Source of the DNA: Lingula anatina
Taxonomy: Eukaryota > Animalia > Brachiopoda
NCBI GenBank assembly: GCA_051362555.1
Contig: CM120641.1
Location: 43,716,401-43,780,400 of the forward strand
Direction: 5' to 3'
DNA: 64,000 nucleotides
The notes beneath the pieces were generated by a model that ran no database searches, was not told where the DNA came from, and worked only from the letters and a program-made list of their open reading frames with translations. This document shows, one piece after another, positions 44,891 through 58,900 of this stretch. A program made the position numbers and the translations under genes. Numbering within the stretch: the first letter of the stretch is position 1; every line of letters starts with the position of its first letter.

Positions 44891-45732
44891 TTTGAAACGT
44901 CACCAAGTAAGAAGCCTCGAGTTCACAAATTCGCGCACTGTGTAACGAGATTCAAAGAAACGGGTTTATGCAGCACTGTCGAAATGTCATAATCAGATTT
45001 GATTATTCATTTCATTAATATATATAAATTGAAAACACTTACACAGTACTTTAAAAACCATAATCCTAGATAAACAGTTCCACTCAAGACCGAGTCAGAA
45101 CGTCGATCGTGTGCTTGATTGTTTGCGATTGTAATGGAAGGCAAATTCATAAAATTTTATCTTTCCGCTGCACAAGCATCACGTAGTCAATAATCACTCA
45201 CAAACAGTAGAGGAGATGGCGAATAAAATTTGTTTTCTGATTGCAAAAAAAAAAAGGTTGGGGATGTGGCTGAAAAATTCAAATCAGAAATTAATGAAAA
45301 TCGTCAAATTATCATTAATTTTGGTTTGCTAACAGAATTCTTGCTTTACACCCGAATTCTTAAAACCATACAAAAATGGACTTTCTCTTGCAAATTTCAA
45401 TCTTCTTGCCTCTAGATTTGTGAGGTGCTGCCACCGCGCGATGGAGACAAGCACTAAAACCAATGCCGCAGAAGAGAGGGCCTGATCTCGAAAAGAAAAA
45501 CATAGCTACCTCGGCAGGTAAACTGAAGAGCCGAATGAAAGCAAGGCCACCAAATTAATTCTTTAAAAATTACAGAATTGTCACATAATCCACAACCAAG
45601 TTAAAGCATTTTCTCTTGAAATGAATCTGAGAAGGCTTACCGGAAGTGAAGAATAAACTAACGTCAGGGTGCTAACGTTAAGTCTGTTTACAGTACTATC
45701 CATACATAAAATAGTGTAGCAGGCAAATTACA
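44881..45732. promoter_or_regulatory. Candidate bidirectional promoter region between TVP23 and PLD6
   Basis: Divergent start codons about 840 bp apart; YY1-type CCGCCATTTT overlaps the TVP23 ATG; ETS/GABP-type ACCGGAAGTG at 45639-45648. Confidence 0.55.
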
Positions 45733-46893
45733 ATGGCAAGCTGGAGCATTGGTAAACTTGTTATTTTGACAATAGTCGGTAGCGTTACACTGGAACTCTT
45801 ATACTACACTTGGAATTATTTCAAACGGAACCACCGGCATAAACATGGAAAAACGAAACCAAAACAACAACAGAAGAACATATTTCACAACGTCCTGTTC
45901 TTTCCTGACCAGCACATAGCTTGCAAGGAGCATTTCAACAGCTCTGATGGCTGTCTGAGAAGTGGTTGCAAGTATGCACACTCAGAAACCTCACTAACTC
46001 ACATGCTAAGTTACCTGAGAAGTGCTAGAAAGACATTAGATTTGTGTGTGTTTGTTATAACATGCCATGAGCTGTCGGATACAGTAATAGCTCTGCATGA
46101 AAGAGGTGTGACAGTGCGTGTGATTACTGACGATGAGCAGGTGGATATTACTGGATCCAAAATAGGAGCATTTCGTGCAGCTGGTAATTTACATGTATTT
46201 TTATGCCCATTATTTCAAACCTTTGGCCTTAAAACAGTGTTGAAAGCTACTGTATACAAATGTACAAGAAGTTTAATGTTACATGATTTTTATATGTTGA
46301 TGTTATAATTGTAAGTTAGGGTTCAAATTAAACTATAAGATATCAATTGCTGTGTTTTTAACAGTTCATGTTATAGTTTCAGTTTGAACCCCATCTTTTA
46401 CTGGTAACGATACAGGTGTACTATCATTTTCATTACTCAATGTACCCGGTAGCATATATCTGGTGAATGTGCCTGTATCTTAAAGTGTAGCACCAGTGGT
46501 ATTCTGAATGATGAGTCTAATTAAGCATAATTCATAATTATCAATTCACAAATAGGTGGAAAGAATTTTAAAAATCATATGTTTGAGATATAAAATATTA
46601 TTTATATCATTTATTTTACACTGACAGGTATTCAGGTTCGTCAAGATAGATCGTCATATTTGATGCATCACAAGTTTGCACTTATAGATGAAGATGTCCT
46701 CATAAATGGCTCTTTTAACTGGACCAGACAGGCGGTGACAGGGAACAATGAGAATCTGTTGATCACCAATAGTAGAGATATTGTACAGCCTTACATTGAG
46801 GAGTTTGAAAGACTCTGGGAGCAATTTGATCCAAGAAATTATAAATATTTACCTCATACAAATAGTGATCAAATTCACCAAGCTGTCAGTTGA
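45733..46893 (+). CDS. PLD6: Mitochondrial cardiolipin hydrolase / MitoPLD / Zucchini (piRNA-pathway endonuclease)
   Basis: Two exons 45733-46183 and 46628-46893. N-terminal hydrophobic anchor, VLFFPD, CCCH zinc wing (C-x9-C-x4-C-x3-H), SARKTLDLCVF, GVTVRVITD, single HKD motif MHHKFALID..LINGSFNWT..AVTGNNEN. Confidence 0.96.
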
Positions 46894-47429
46894 TGTGTGT
46901 AAGAAAAGGAGATTTTATGTTTTTAGGGGAATGATTTCATTCAAAGAATTATAAAACTTAACCTCAATTAATTATGATTATATTATACCATACAATGTAC
47001 TTTAATTAACAAAGTGTATGAAAGACATTTTTGTGAGCTGATAAACTCATATTAGTACTGTAGATATAAGTTTACCATTTTAATATTACCTTTAAACATT
47101 TTAAATCAAGCAAATACTGAGCAAATGCGATTACCATTAATGATAGAAAAACGGGTCAAATAGCATCCCTAGAAGACAAGTGTGTTTGTTTTCTGAAGCA
47201 CAGTACATGACTATAGGCTGGGTATCTGTTTAAGTCAATATAAAAGGTCATGGCTGCATAGATATGATTGTAATATTGCAATTTACTTATACATGTATCT
47301 GTTCGTCCTTGGTGGCTGGAGAGAGAAATTCCTGAGACTGGTACACTTCAGTAAGAATTCAGCTTAGAAGCATTTGGTATACATGGACTAAAAAAAGTAC
47401 TAGTAAAAACCCAGTGGATTAGATTCATC

Positions 47430-49310
47430 ATGGATGTCAGGATTTCCTTTGTGTTCATTTTAAACACTCTTCTGTGTGCGCAGGGTTTGCAATCGAGTGT
47501 GAAGGATGCTACATGCTGTGTGCCCACTCAGTTTGAGGCCAAAGTGTACATGGATGCAGAGTTGGTATTTCTGGATACAACATCATCTGTGTCAAGGCCA
47601 CTGACAGCCTACAGCATGTTCAATTACACAGTGCACCTTGCCTATGACTATGACAGACAGCAGTTATACATGCATGCCAATGTTACTGAGTCGTCGCCAT
47701 TGATCCCACATCCTGTGACAGACTCTGTTTTGTACTTGTTCGATCACAAACATGTAAGCTATTTCAGGGCGTTGATTTTATTGAAAGAGTTATTTGCGAA
47801 ATGCAATTAAAGTTTCTAAAAGATTATAGTAAATTTGCAATTATAGTTTCTAATAGATTGTAGTAAATTTGTCTGACCGGTGCATTATAGGTACACTGTA
47901 ACAAGGTTTAATTTTATAAACATATAAAAGTTCTGGCAGCTCTCTACTGTAACTGTGATTTGTTGACTTTATTATTTATCAGTGCAGTGGAAGTTATTAG
48001 TGAATATTTTAATGAATTAATTGTAATTGGTGCCAATGAATATTCACCTCTTTAATTATTTGATTCATGTTTTTCTATTTGTTGCCTACAATGATTTGTT
48101 TGTGTATGCAAAAATCTTTTTTGGTTGGTTCTTTACATACTGGGATGTTTCTTGTGACATTCAGGGTGTTATGTATACTGTCAATGGTGGACATGACGGG
48201 AAGTGTCAGAAAGACAATGCAACAGTTCCCATGTCACAGCAATGCATACCAGGTAATACTTTAAAAGCTTAAATTGAAAATTTATATTTAAAGTTGATTT
48301 AAAGTTAAAGACAGAAAATTTGGATTTCTTCGATTCAGGATGAAGCAACTTTAAGGCCATTACTTTTTCATCAAAATATTTTAAATAAGTGGATCACTAG
48401 GCTACTGTTGATCTAACTTGGGTCAAAATTAGGATAAAATTTTAATTTAAAAGTTGAAAAAGTTAAGTTTTTGTGTAACCAGTCTTTGAATTTATCTTCA
48501 GATGATGCCTTGCTGCAAAGAAACAGTGCCATAGGAAACCCCAGTCTGCAGCCATTAGCAGCCAAAGTTTACCAGTATGAAGTGAAAGGAGACCCCGATG
48601 CTTTCCCCTTCTATATTCAGGCTTTTGTCAAACAAAATGGTAAATGATGCATTTACTAGTAAGATAAAATTTCTTCAGGAGATAAGAGAGTCATGTCTGG
48701 ATTCGTAGTTAATGTATTTTCTTTGAAACTGGTGTATATGTAGAACTTGGTGAAAAATATGTTATTTAATCATTTTGATTTTCAAGGAAAACACTGTCTT
48801 CCCATGAAGCTCCATGTAGTCACTGCAGGTGGTTCTGGCACCATGAATGCTTGGGTCATGAACTTTGTAAACTTAACCCAAGGAATTCAGGATCCTAGCA
48901 TCTTCAGTGTGCCTGGTCCATGTAGAGGTGTCACACAGGTGACTAAGATTACAACTGCACAGGTGTGTATTTGTTAAGTCTTATTTATTAATTGTTTTTC
49001 ACATATAATGACTTATACAATAATACTTATACGAGCATCGTTATTCTCAAGATTATACATTTTAGTACGTTTGACCTCCCAAGGAAATTGGCCTCCTCTT
49101 GTGGATGTGTTTTCTCCTCCCTATTTTCAAACTGGGAATGTGGATCACTCTCCATCTTTGTTTTCACATATTATCTGTGTCTTTTTCAAAGCAATTTAAA
49201 AGTTTACATTCATATGCAATTCAGTGGCAGAGGATAATACTATTTTGGTTCTCTTTTAGGAACCAAAATGGAAACAGGCATTGGCAGTGTTACTTGGGAC
49301 AATCAATTAA
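47430..49310 (+). CDS. Ependymin-related protein (EPDR family), secreted or lysosomal
   Basis: Exons 47430-47753 (signal peptide, CCVPTQFEA, AYDYDRQ, LYLFDH), 48165-48252 (GVMYTV..KC..CIP), 48502-48639, 48787-48962 (CLP..NFVNLTQGIQDPSIFSVPGPC), 49260-49310. CCxPxQ, CIP, CxP and GIxDPxxFxxPxxC are ependymin-family motifs. Confidence 0.9.
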
Positions 49311-51338
49311 AATAAGAATAATTTAGCATGATCCTCATCCAACAGGCACTCAGGCAGCGATTTAATACTTATTACTGAACCAAGATATTTTGCTAAATTG
49401 AACAGTTTCCTCATATAAAGTCTTTTCATTGTCTTTTGCAAATTTATTCATAGGAATTTGAAAAAAAATTATATAGCCTCTTCTGGATGGTCAGAGTAGC
49501 AGGTACTGATACAAAATAATTTGGAACCTTTATCTGGACTTAGTCTAAAAACTGATCAACACGGCTTTGAAACACCTCAACCTACTCTTAGGACCTTGGA
49601 TGGTTACCAAGGACTTGTCTGATATGGAAGTTATGATTTAATTTAAAATAGTTGTATATTATCTCAGCTTGATATATTATGACTTTCGTAAACTTGGAAG
49701 GCACAGTTTTTGCTTCTTTTAAGATACAAATGCTACTAAACCACAGAACTGCTTTTCTCAGGGATTATAAATATTATGTATTAGCCACTTTTTACCATGA
49801 AGCAGTGGAAAGAGTAGTGATTACAAATGCAATGAAAGCTTTAATGACATTTATGAACTTTTATTTTAATAAATTTCTTAACATCCTTGAAAAAACTAAT
49901 TAAATTTAACTCAACTGTTCTGTGCTGAGAGAGAAAAACTGGTTTTGTCTCGGTACTGACAAACATGCATTGCACAAAGTTATAAGACTATAAATGAATT
50001 TGCAATTTAATTTCTATTTAACAAATACAATTTAACAATTACACCTCTACAATCTTAACAAAAAGATAAAAGGAATGGACTACAACAACATTACGATAAT
50101 CGCCTTCACTCCTGGTGAACAACTACTAGCTATTTAACGATTCTACAGTAAACTCTTGAAACAAAGCAAGGCTATTCATGATCAAGAATCGGGTTAGTCC
50201 AATAAATCTCTTCACCGATTTACAATGTGGACTCTTGGCATCTCTGATTGATTAATAACTGGACTCTAAATACTAAAGATGGCACTTCTGCTTGTTACTA
50301 CAACACCTGATGATAACTAGATATAATATCTCTCAACTTTAACATGCTATTTTTATGCTAGGTATGTGAGATATTCTATGCCATTGTTGAGAAATTAATA
50401 CTTTAAAGAGGACACCTGCCCCTTTACACAAAAAACTGAGAAAAACTTGTGTCCGAGTTAAAGAAAAACTAATACCATTTTGCCTCCTAAATACTTATGG
50501 CAGCTCATTTAAAATAAACTAAAGATATATACTAAAAATAAATATAAAACATAAATGCACATTTCTATATAAAATCTTTTCTTTGATGCCCTTTCCTCTT
50601 ACAACACTAACTTTGCAGGATATCTTTCACTTATCACAGTAACTATAATTAAAAGGCATCACATTCAATTACAGGGTGCCTATGGCATTTCTGCAGCAGC
50701 CATGAACTCAGTTTAACTTAAACTGTATGAAGATCATAAAACAAATTTGAAATAAATTTGATTAAAATTCATCTTGTCAGACAAAAGGTACCCGGTACAG
50801 TATGTAGATATGTAAACTTTATAGTTCTACTTGGACAACAGATTCAATTACTGCAGCACTAATAAGTACTGTTAATACATATCAACAAATGAGTACATGT
50901 GCAAATTGTGACCTTCACAGCAGGTGCATAATAAGGTGTTATCGCTTTCTGAGTCACTGAAAGATATTTTAATAGCACAAAAGCTAAGAAACTAATACTC
51001 TGGAGCAATTGGTCCTCCTTAACAGAAATTGACCTCACAATGTCACTTTATCTTCACTGCTGCTGACAATGCTTTCATTCCTTTATGTTTACCATTGCAT
51101 TTGTCCAAAGGGAAAATCATCACTTGGTCATGACAATGTCCCACATAATCACAGGTATATCATTCTTTGCATTTTTAATCCACAGCAATGGGTACTTTCA
51201 TGGCATAATTTTTCAATTTTCTCCCTTTTTTTCCATGGCAGGTTTGTTACATGCATCTTTCCCCTTTCTTTTTCCTCTTGAAACAATGATGAACATGCGT
51301 GTATCACAGAAGCAACAAGACTATACTGCAAATTGCTT

Positions 51339-54300
51339 TTAACAAGCTGATTTTCTCAAAAGTGGACCTGATGATGTAGATATGCTACAAAAAAGAAAGA
51401 AAAAGATTGCCGTACACTTTTATATAAGTTATGTTTAGCACAAGGGGAGAACTGATAAGGCATATTTTGCAGAAATCTTAATGGTAAAAATGGAAGACAA
51501 AACGGAATTGGAAAAATTTGAAGGTTAACATTAACTTACCAATTCTCAGGCTGTGCTTCACAGTAATATTATCAATTGTACATGAAATAATACCTGGGCT
51601 CACTCCCAAGGTTAAAATTTCTTAAAACAAATCTGTTGAATAACTTTGGCCCAGTCAAAATTTTAACTGACTACATAAATAAATAAATCTTACATTTTCT
51701 TTAGACAAAATTTAAGGCATATTATTAACATTTGGCAAGGATTTACTATGCTAAAATTAACCAAACTTGTGATACAGTCTCTTTCTGGGGTTTTCTTCTT
51801 ACCATTCTACTAAATCAGCTCCAATAATGTCATGAATGTGGTAGGCCATTCCTAGTTTGGCAACTTTTGGCAGCTTTCTGGTTTCCAGGTCCTGAGGATA
51901 AACATTGTTATAAAATACACAACTTATCAATTGTTATAACTTTAAATATCCAAGTCCAATAAATGATTATTATTCTCAAAGACACAGTACACTAACATTT
52001 CATTGCTAACATGTTTTTAAATTAAATACCAGGAAGGTATAGTGCCCATTATTAAATCATGTTTTATTTCCTCAGTATTTTTCACATCTTCATTACCCCT
52101 ATGATAAATATTTGGTGGGTAACAAGTGTGTACCCTTGGACATTTTGAGAAAGTCCTTGACAGCCACCATTCTCAATAGTAATTGATTGATTTCAATGAG
52201 ATAAAAACCACAGAGATACAGTTTTTGTTACCAAAGAAAGTTTGTTTTTTGGTGATTTCCACATCTTTATTACCCCATTGATATATATCAGGTGGGTGCA
52301 TTGTTTGCCTCTAAACCAGCACTCACATTTTGTAGTGTCTCTTTGTATTTACTCTTTGTGATCATCATTAGGACAGCTTTTCTGCCTCTGGTAAAGCTCT
52401 TCATAAACAGTCCAGCATCAGGAATGGAGACCCACCAACTTCCTATGTCCCTCACTGTGAGAACACTGGCCTTTACCAGTTGACTAAAACACAGAGTATA
52501 TCTAATTAATGAGCTAATTGTTCAATGTATTTAAAAGAAGGTAATTAACACAAAAAATTCCTACAAAACTGACTCTATGTATGCACTGATACACAAATGT
52601 AGTCTTTGTCTTCTTCAATGTGAATCTTGTACTTGATATTCCAGTGATCACTCAAAGCAAAGGTCCCAGAAATCTACCAGCTCATCCGAATAAAAATAAA
52701 AATAACTTAGAAGTTACAATACAGATGATACAAAATGTAAAATAACTTCTAAATATTCACTGATATCAGACCAGCAGCAGCCACTGCTATTGCCTCATAC
52801 TACCATTGCAGCTCAATCTATACTCACGTAATTTCTTCATCTGTGTATCTGTACTGGTTGATCATAGTTTGTTTATTGACACTGACATCTGGGCAACCAC
52901 AAGCTATTTCAGTCAGGAATCTGTCTGGAAGTTTATGCACAAAACTATGTACAAGAACACAAATGTCTAGACGGGTTCACCTTATTATTTTAAAGTCTTG
53001 AATATTTCAAAAGCGTTTTTATTAAGTTACATAAATTATTTTAAAACAGTGAGACAGATAATAAAGGTGAAATGCCAATGTTTTAAGCCTGATACCATCA
53101 ATAAACCATACATCTTTAAAATGTACATGTACATCCAGGAACACATTTTCATCATTATTACAATTACTATCATCATTGTAACTGTGTGTCATCAGTTTTA
53201 ATGTCTACCCGTATGTGATATAAATGGCAAACAACTGTTGTCTCTTGAAAACTACAAATTTCTTGCTCTTTCTTACTTATGAGTCCTCTGTGCACTGCAA
53301 TCTCAGCAGTCGTCTTTAGGACATGTGATTTGTAGTCTGCAGTAAAAACAATACAGTATTCCTCCATCTCTCCACCTAGTCTGAAAAGTCTGATTTCTCC
53401 ACTCAATCGAAGATCTTCCTATCATTACAAAGATAGTAAAATAACAAAAATAAATTGAAAATAAACATATGATAATAATTTTTTCAAATTTTTTATGAAA
53501 AGCGCAATTATGTGTGACAGCCATTTTCCTTTTTCCCTAGAGGGATACCAATGTAATAATCAACCTTTCCTATTTGACAATGTATATTTTGTTAAGGCAG
53601 AAGTCTACAAAATATACACCATTTCTAGTATAATTTCAGAATCAAAAGCATCTAACATACTAAATACTACCAAAGTTACGAAGAACATTGAGAAAAGGTC
53701 AAAAAGTTAGAAGTTAAGTTGATATTCGCACATAAGGTTGTGGTTTGGAAGTCCATTGCAAGTGTGTACGTGTGCATGCATGTGTGTGTACGTGTGTTCT
53801 TTCTTGTGAGAGAGAGAGAGAGAGAGAGAATAAATTTGTCATTAACATACCAATTGTTTGTCCACCACTGTTCTATTTTTCAAGATACTATACAACTGAT
53901 GCTTGAGAATAATAGGCGGCAACCTTCCTTCAAACTTTTCAACAGGAAACAGGTTCTTAAGGTACAGCAAGGTGGCTTTGGTGTCATTTGGCACATTATT
54001 TTCTGAAAAAATACATAAGCTGAAATATTTAATCATCACTTTTTCACATTACATTTTCATTTTCCATATCGATATATCAAAGTGTTCCAGATACATTGAT
54101 GCTTAATATTAGACTGAATTTATACCAGCTTCTTCATTTTCAAATCTCCATACGTTTCTTTATCTGAGTGCAACATGTTTACGTTTATTTCCTATTTATC
54201 ACATTAAAGCTAAATCTATTTAGGGCCAAATGCTCATTACCAACTGTGGTCCAATTTTTCAAATGGAAAAAAAATCATTGGGTGTTGATGCGGTAAGTAG

Positions 54301-54653
54301 AAGAAATGAACTATTGAACCACAATATGCATTTTACATCAGCCCCCCTCTTCCCCTCCAAAAGCTTTTACGTTCATTAGTTTACAAAATTAAATCTTGTC
54401 AACCAACTCTGTTAACAGATAATCACTGCTTATTAACCAACTTATAAATTTTGGACTTTTTTTGTAAAACAGACCCCTGCATGTACATGTATCAACTTAT
54501 ACTATCTATCAGAATCTATACATTACCTAGTGGTTCTTGATTCCACAAACTGGATGAAGTTTCTACATTCAATGTAGTGCCATTCTTGGGGGCCAGACAG
54601 ACCTTCTTCCTGTGTCTGTACACATCTGGGAGCAGAGAACGCTTCCTACTCAT
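51339..54653 (-). CDS. STK19: STK19 (winged-helix DNA-binding transcription-coupled repair factor; historically called a kinase)
   Basis: Exons 54653-54527 (MSRKRSLLPD), 54002-53851 (LFP..FEGRLPPIILKHQLYS..RTVVDKQL), 53418-53277 (GEIRLFRLG), 52924-52828, 52483-52327 (TQLVKASVLTVRDIGSWWVSIPDAGLFMKSFTRGRKAVL), 51891-51803 (KLGMAYHIHDIIGADLVEC), 51384-51339 (ISTSSGPLLRKSAC*). Probable non-coding first exon with its donor at 55799. Confidence 0.95.
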
Positions 54654-55798
54654 GATTCTACGAAAACCTACCTTAAATACATGAAGGGACATGGTTAAAA
54701 TAAATTCACTTTTTCTTTCATGCACATAAATTTATAGTTGGTATAACAACTAGGAGCAAATGCAATATATCTAGTGAAAATGCATGTACATTATTATGTA
54801 CATGATCTATTCAAGGAAGTCATTTTTATTTTATTTATATTATTACAACATAAACCAACAAGAAATATGTATCTTTTAACTGTCTCTTCTGAAACTTCAA
54901 ACAAGATCAATGTAAATTCTATTTCATATCTACATATTATATTAAATTACTTATTTAGAAAGTAGGTAAAATACTAAACTAAAGTTCTGGGGCAGGCCGT
55001 GTGTGATTTAAGAAAAGGAACAATTTACTGTTTTATTTCTATGAAAATACAATTTAGCATTAAAATCCTGGATATTTTCAAATACCTTCAATCAGGAGGT
55101 CAAGTTCTACTGTGTACACTTTGGGAGAAATATTGTATCAATTTTGTTTTTTTCCCCAAAGTGTAAATTTGTGGACCAAAACACCCATGATTTGCCTATT
55201 TCACATACATATTACTCTGCTTGGAAAAATCCCAAAACCAAAATTCCAACCTAAACATGGACACCTATATCTTATTGTGTAACAAAAATCTAGTGTACGA
55301 CAATTTTTAGGGGTTGAAAATCAAATTGGACAGCTTTTGATCATACTTAGATACATAACAATATGTGGGTAAAATTTACAATTGAAGGGGGAAAAAAAAA
55401 CCCTAGCTGCCCTACAATTTGAGTCAGTTTTTGGTTTTACCACTAGTACTAGGACATGCTAGGTACATGTGCTTTATACCTAATTTTTCACATAATCTCA
55501 AATTCAAGACACAAAACAGCACAGCCAGTTAAGAAAATTATTGTACCTGAAGATAAAGGTAGTTTTGGTGCCGAAAACTTACACGCCCTGAATGTGTCAT
55601 GCGCTTGCTACATTTGCGACGTAACTCGTTTTTCAGCCCAGATATTTTTACAGTGTATTTACCCTTTTAACATATTCAAATAAAATGGGAACTCTAAATC
55701 TAAATTGTCTTGATTTAAAAAGAAACCTGCCCCTGTGGTTTAATTTATCGTTAATCGGGTTCTTATCCTAACAAAAGTAAAATAGCGAAAAAGCTAAC

Positions 55799-55995
55799 CT
55801 GTTTATGCAAAAATTGGGACCGACACCTCCATCTTGAAATGATTGATCACGTGTATAACTTGGGTGTTTTCATTGGACAAAGCGCCGACTTCCGGCAATA
55901 TGCAGTGCAGCGCGAACTTGGACTCTGGCAGTCTTTAGTCTTATCGCTTTGATGCATTTTAGTTTCTGAATTCTCAATTTGTCTTATTATGTCCC
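55799..55995. promoter_or_regulatory. Compact bidirectional promoter STK19/DXO
   Basis: Minus-strand donor CAG|gttagc at 55799, E-box CACGTG 55848-53, reverse CCAAT 55872-76, ETS/GABP ACTTCCGG 55888-95, DXO ATG at 55996. Confidence 0.65.
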
Positions 55996-58900
55996 ATGAA
56001 GAGACACGCAGAAGAGCAAGATGAACATTTACATAAGGCCAGAAAGAGTGAAAATGCTTCAAGTCCACATGGACGACCAGCTGCCTTCAGAGTTCATCCT
56101 GCCACGAGATTCGAGGGAAAATTTCCATTTTACAGACAGCCAAAGGATATCGGTTGCTTCTCACTGGACGCAGACAGGGTTTTTTACAACGATAAGAGTC
56201 AGTTGAAATGGCTTCATATGCCAGAGAATGTAAATAATGTAAACTTCAATCTCAGGCATGGTTACAAAGTATTTCGGAAACGGGACGATAGTGTCAAAGA
56301 TTACATTGACGACTTGTTGAGATGGATCCTGGTGAACAGAAAGAAATTTTTGTTGCCAGGTCAAGACGAAGTATCTGATGGAGCATTTCCTCCTAAGTAA
56401 GGATATTGAGCAAGGAATTTCGCAAAGTACATTGATTATATATATATCTCATGCAGTTGTAAAAATGAGATGTGATGCTCCAATTAAAATTTATAGTTTT
56501 CTTTTAGTTTGCATTTTTTTTCACATTTAGATTACTCAGTTTGATTAAGCAGTAATGTAACACTAATAATCCATATCTGAACATTTCCTATTTTTGCCCT
56601 TTGAGGAGCCTTTAGAAGGTATATCTTTTGACCGGATTTGTTATTTTTTCATTGTGTTTTTAATTCTGGTCATCTGAGCTATTATTGCTCCCTTATGGGC
56701 TAAATAATGTTACGTGAAATGCAAGTGTGTGTATTTCTTGGTGTATGTTTTTGGGTCCTCAAAGAAGCAAGAAATCCTTCTCAGTTATTGATTATAATAG
56801 CAGGGCTAGATGTATAGAAATATTTGTTTAAAGGATTGCTGTCTTATTCAGTGTTTATAAAAATGAAGACAAAGTTTTTAAAAAATGATTCAGTTTTGTT
56901 AGTTTTTTTTTCTTTTCCATTTTCAGCCTCCATACTGATTTTGTGTGTTGGAGGGGCTTGCTGACCAAGCTGCTTTGTACCCCATATGAGAACAAAGATG
57001 GATGGCTGATAGGTGTGACCAAGTTTAATGGGACATATTACATGTGTGAATATGACACGCCAGAGAAGATTGCCGAGAGGGAGACTATGTCAGAGAGGCA
57101 GGATGAAATGTGCTACTGGGGCTATAAGTTTGAGCAGCACATGGTAGTTGGTAGGTTTGAGATGGATCTAAAAGCCCTCTAACCATGTACAACTATGTTT
57201 GTTGACAATTTGTTTGGTCAAATGTATGTCTGTTACTATGTTTGTGTGTATGCGTGTGTGTGTTAAGTTTTTATTGCTTATAAGATTATTTCTTACCTCA
57301 TGAGGTAACGTACATGTTTTTGAGGACCTATGCATATCTGCTCTGTTGAACCTCCTTATTCTGTTTTGCAACTTATTTTGCAATTTATTTTGTTTTTGGC
57401 AACAATGCTGTGACAATGACCTAGAGGTTTATAGCTGTCTTGAATTTTAAGTATAAGTTGTGTATGGTAGTAATATGGCCAAAATCAGATTTTATATATT
57501 GTTTGTATCTGCAAGACATGATTTGAAGTTACACTAAGTACACTAGAGTACAAAGGCTTATTAACATCAGTACAGTTAACACTAAGACTGCAGCACAGTA
57601 TACTGTAACATTACAAAGCTGTATTTGTTACAATTAAAAACAATGGCCCAGTTGCACAAGTAAGAGCCTAATTGATGCCTATAAATGATTATATTTTGCA
57701 TTTTCAGCCAAACCAGACAGTCAACCAGACACTCGTGTTCCTGTTAGCAATTATGAAGCATTTTGTCTTGTTGTAAGAGGAAGACTAAAAGAACATTCTC
57801 TTGGTGAGTAATCTGCAAATACCTGGCATAATAAACTTTAGGCAAGTACTATACATATTTTAATTTTGGCTCCATGTATTAATTATTAGAGTGATGTACA
57901 AAATGTATAATTTGATTGTACTGTTTTCCAGTGTTTGCTGGGGAGACCGACTGCTATGATGCCAAAGAAAAATGTTATGTAGAATTAAAGACATCAAGAG
58001 AGATATATCAGCCAAACCAGGATAGAAATTTCAAAAGGTATGTGGTCTTAATATATTTTGGTTGATATATCAAATCTTAACTCATAATAATAGAGATAAA
58101 AAAGCAAAAGTCAGTTTATTGGTTATATAATGATAATGATGATGATAAAGGCGAATTTCTGCTTAAAAATCAGTCTAGAACTTTTTTGTCACTTAGATTC
58201 ATCACAGTCAGTTCCATATTCTTCCAGGTTTAAGTTAATCAAGTGGTGGGCCCAGTCATTCCTACCTGCTGTTCCTAAGGTTATCTGTGGTTTCCGTGAC
58301 GATGATGGCGTGGTCAGACAGTTGAAGACTTACCACACTCTGGACATGCCCAACATTGCCAAGGTATATCAGTATAAAAGTATCAGCATTGTGAATTACA
58401 TTTAAAAGTTGCCTTGTTACTTGAATGTAATAGCCTTTTTAGTAAGACTTTAAAGGTTCCAGTTTGTTTAATGTTGTAGATTTTTATCCATGTTTAAAGA
58501 AATTTTACTGCATATAAGTTGCATATATTTTGAACTATCAGTATACTTTCCTTGTAATGATTATTAGATTTAAATCTATTTTTGTAAAATTGTTTGTTGA
58601 TAAATTTAAACTGGAATAATCAGTTTCGGATAAGTAAATTAGAAGATTATGAATTTAGGATATCCCCAACCCTTGGGATCCTGCAGTTTGTATGAACTTC
58701 TGTGATCAGTTCCTGACCTTTGTCAACCAAGTTGTTCGAAAAGATGACCCTAAGTAAGTAACAATAATAAATATTCTACAGCTTCTACTTTTAGCTGACA
58801 TGGACCATTGTGTGAGTCTCTGTTCTGTCCCATTGATTTGATTATATTGTGTTTTTTAAAATATTTATTTGCATAATATAAAGATTTCAACTTCAGACTA

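Noticed and set aside
47800-47872. 34-bp tandem duplication in EPDR intron 1
   Set aside because: Ordinary local duplication with two copies only.
57932-57955. DXO motif GETDC instead of the usual GEVDC
   Set aside because: Catalytic E and D are retained; the change is conservative.
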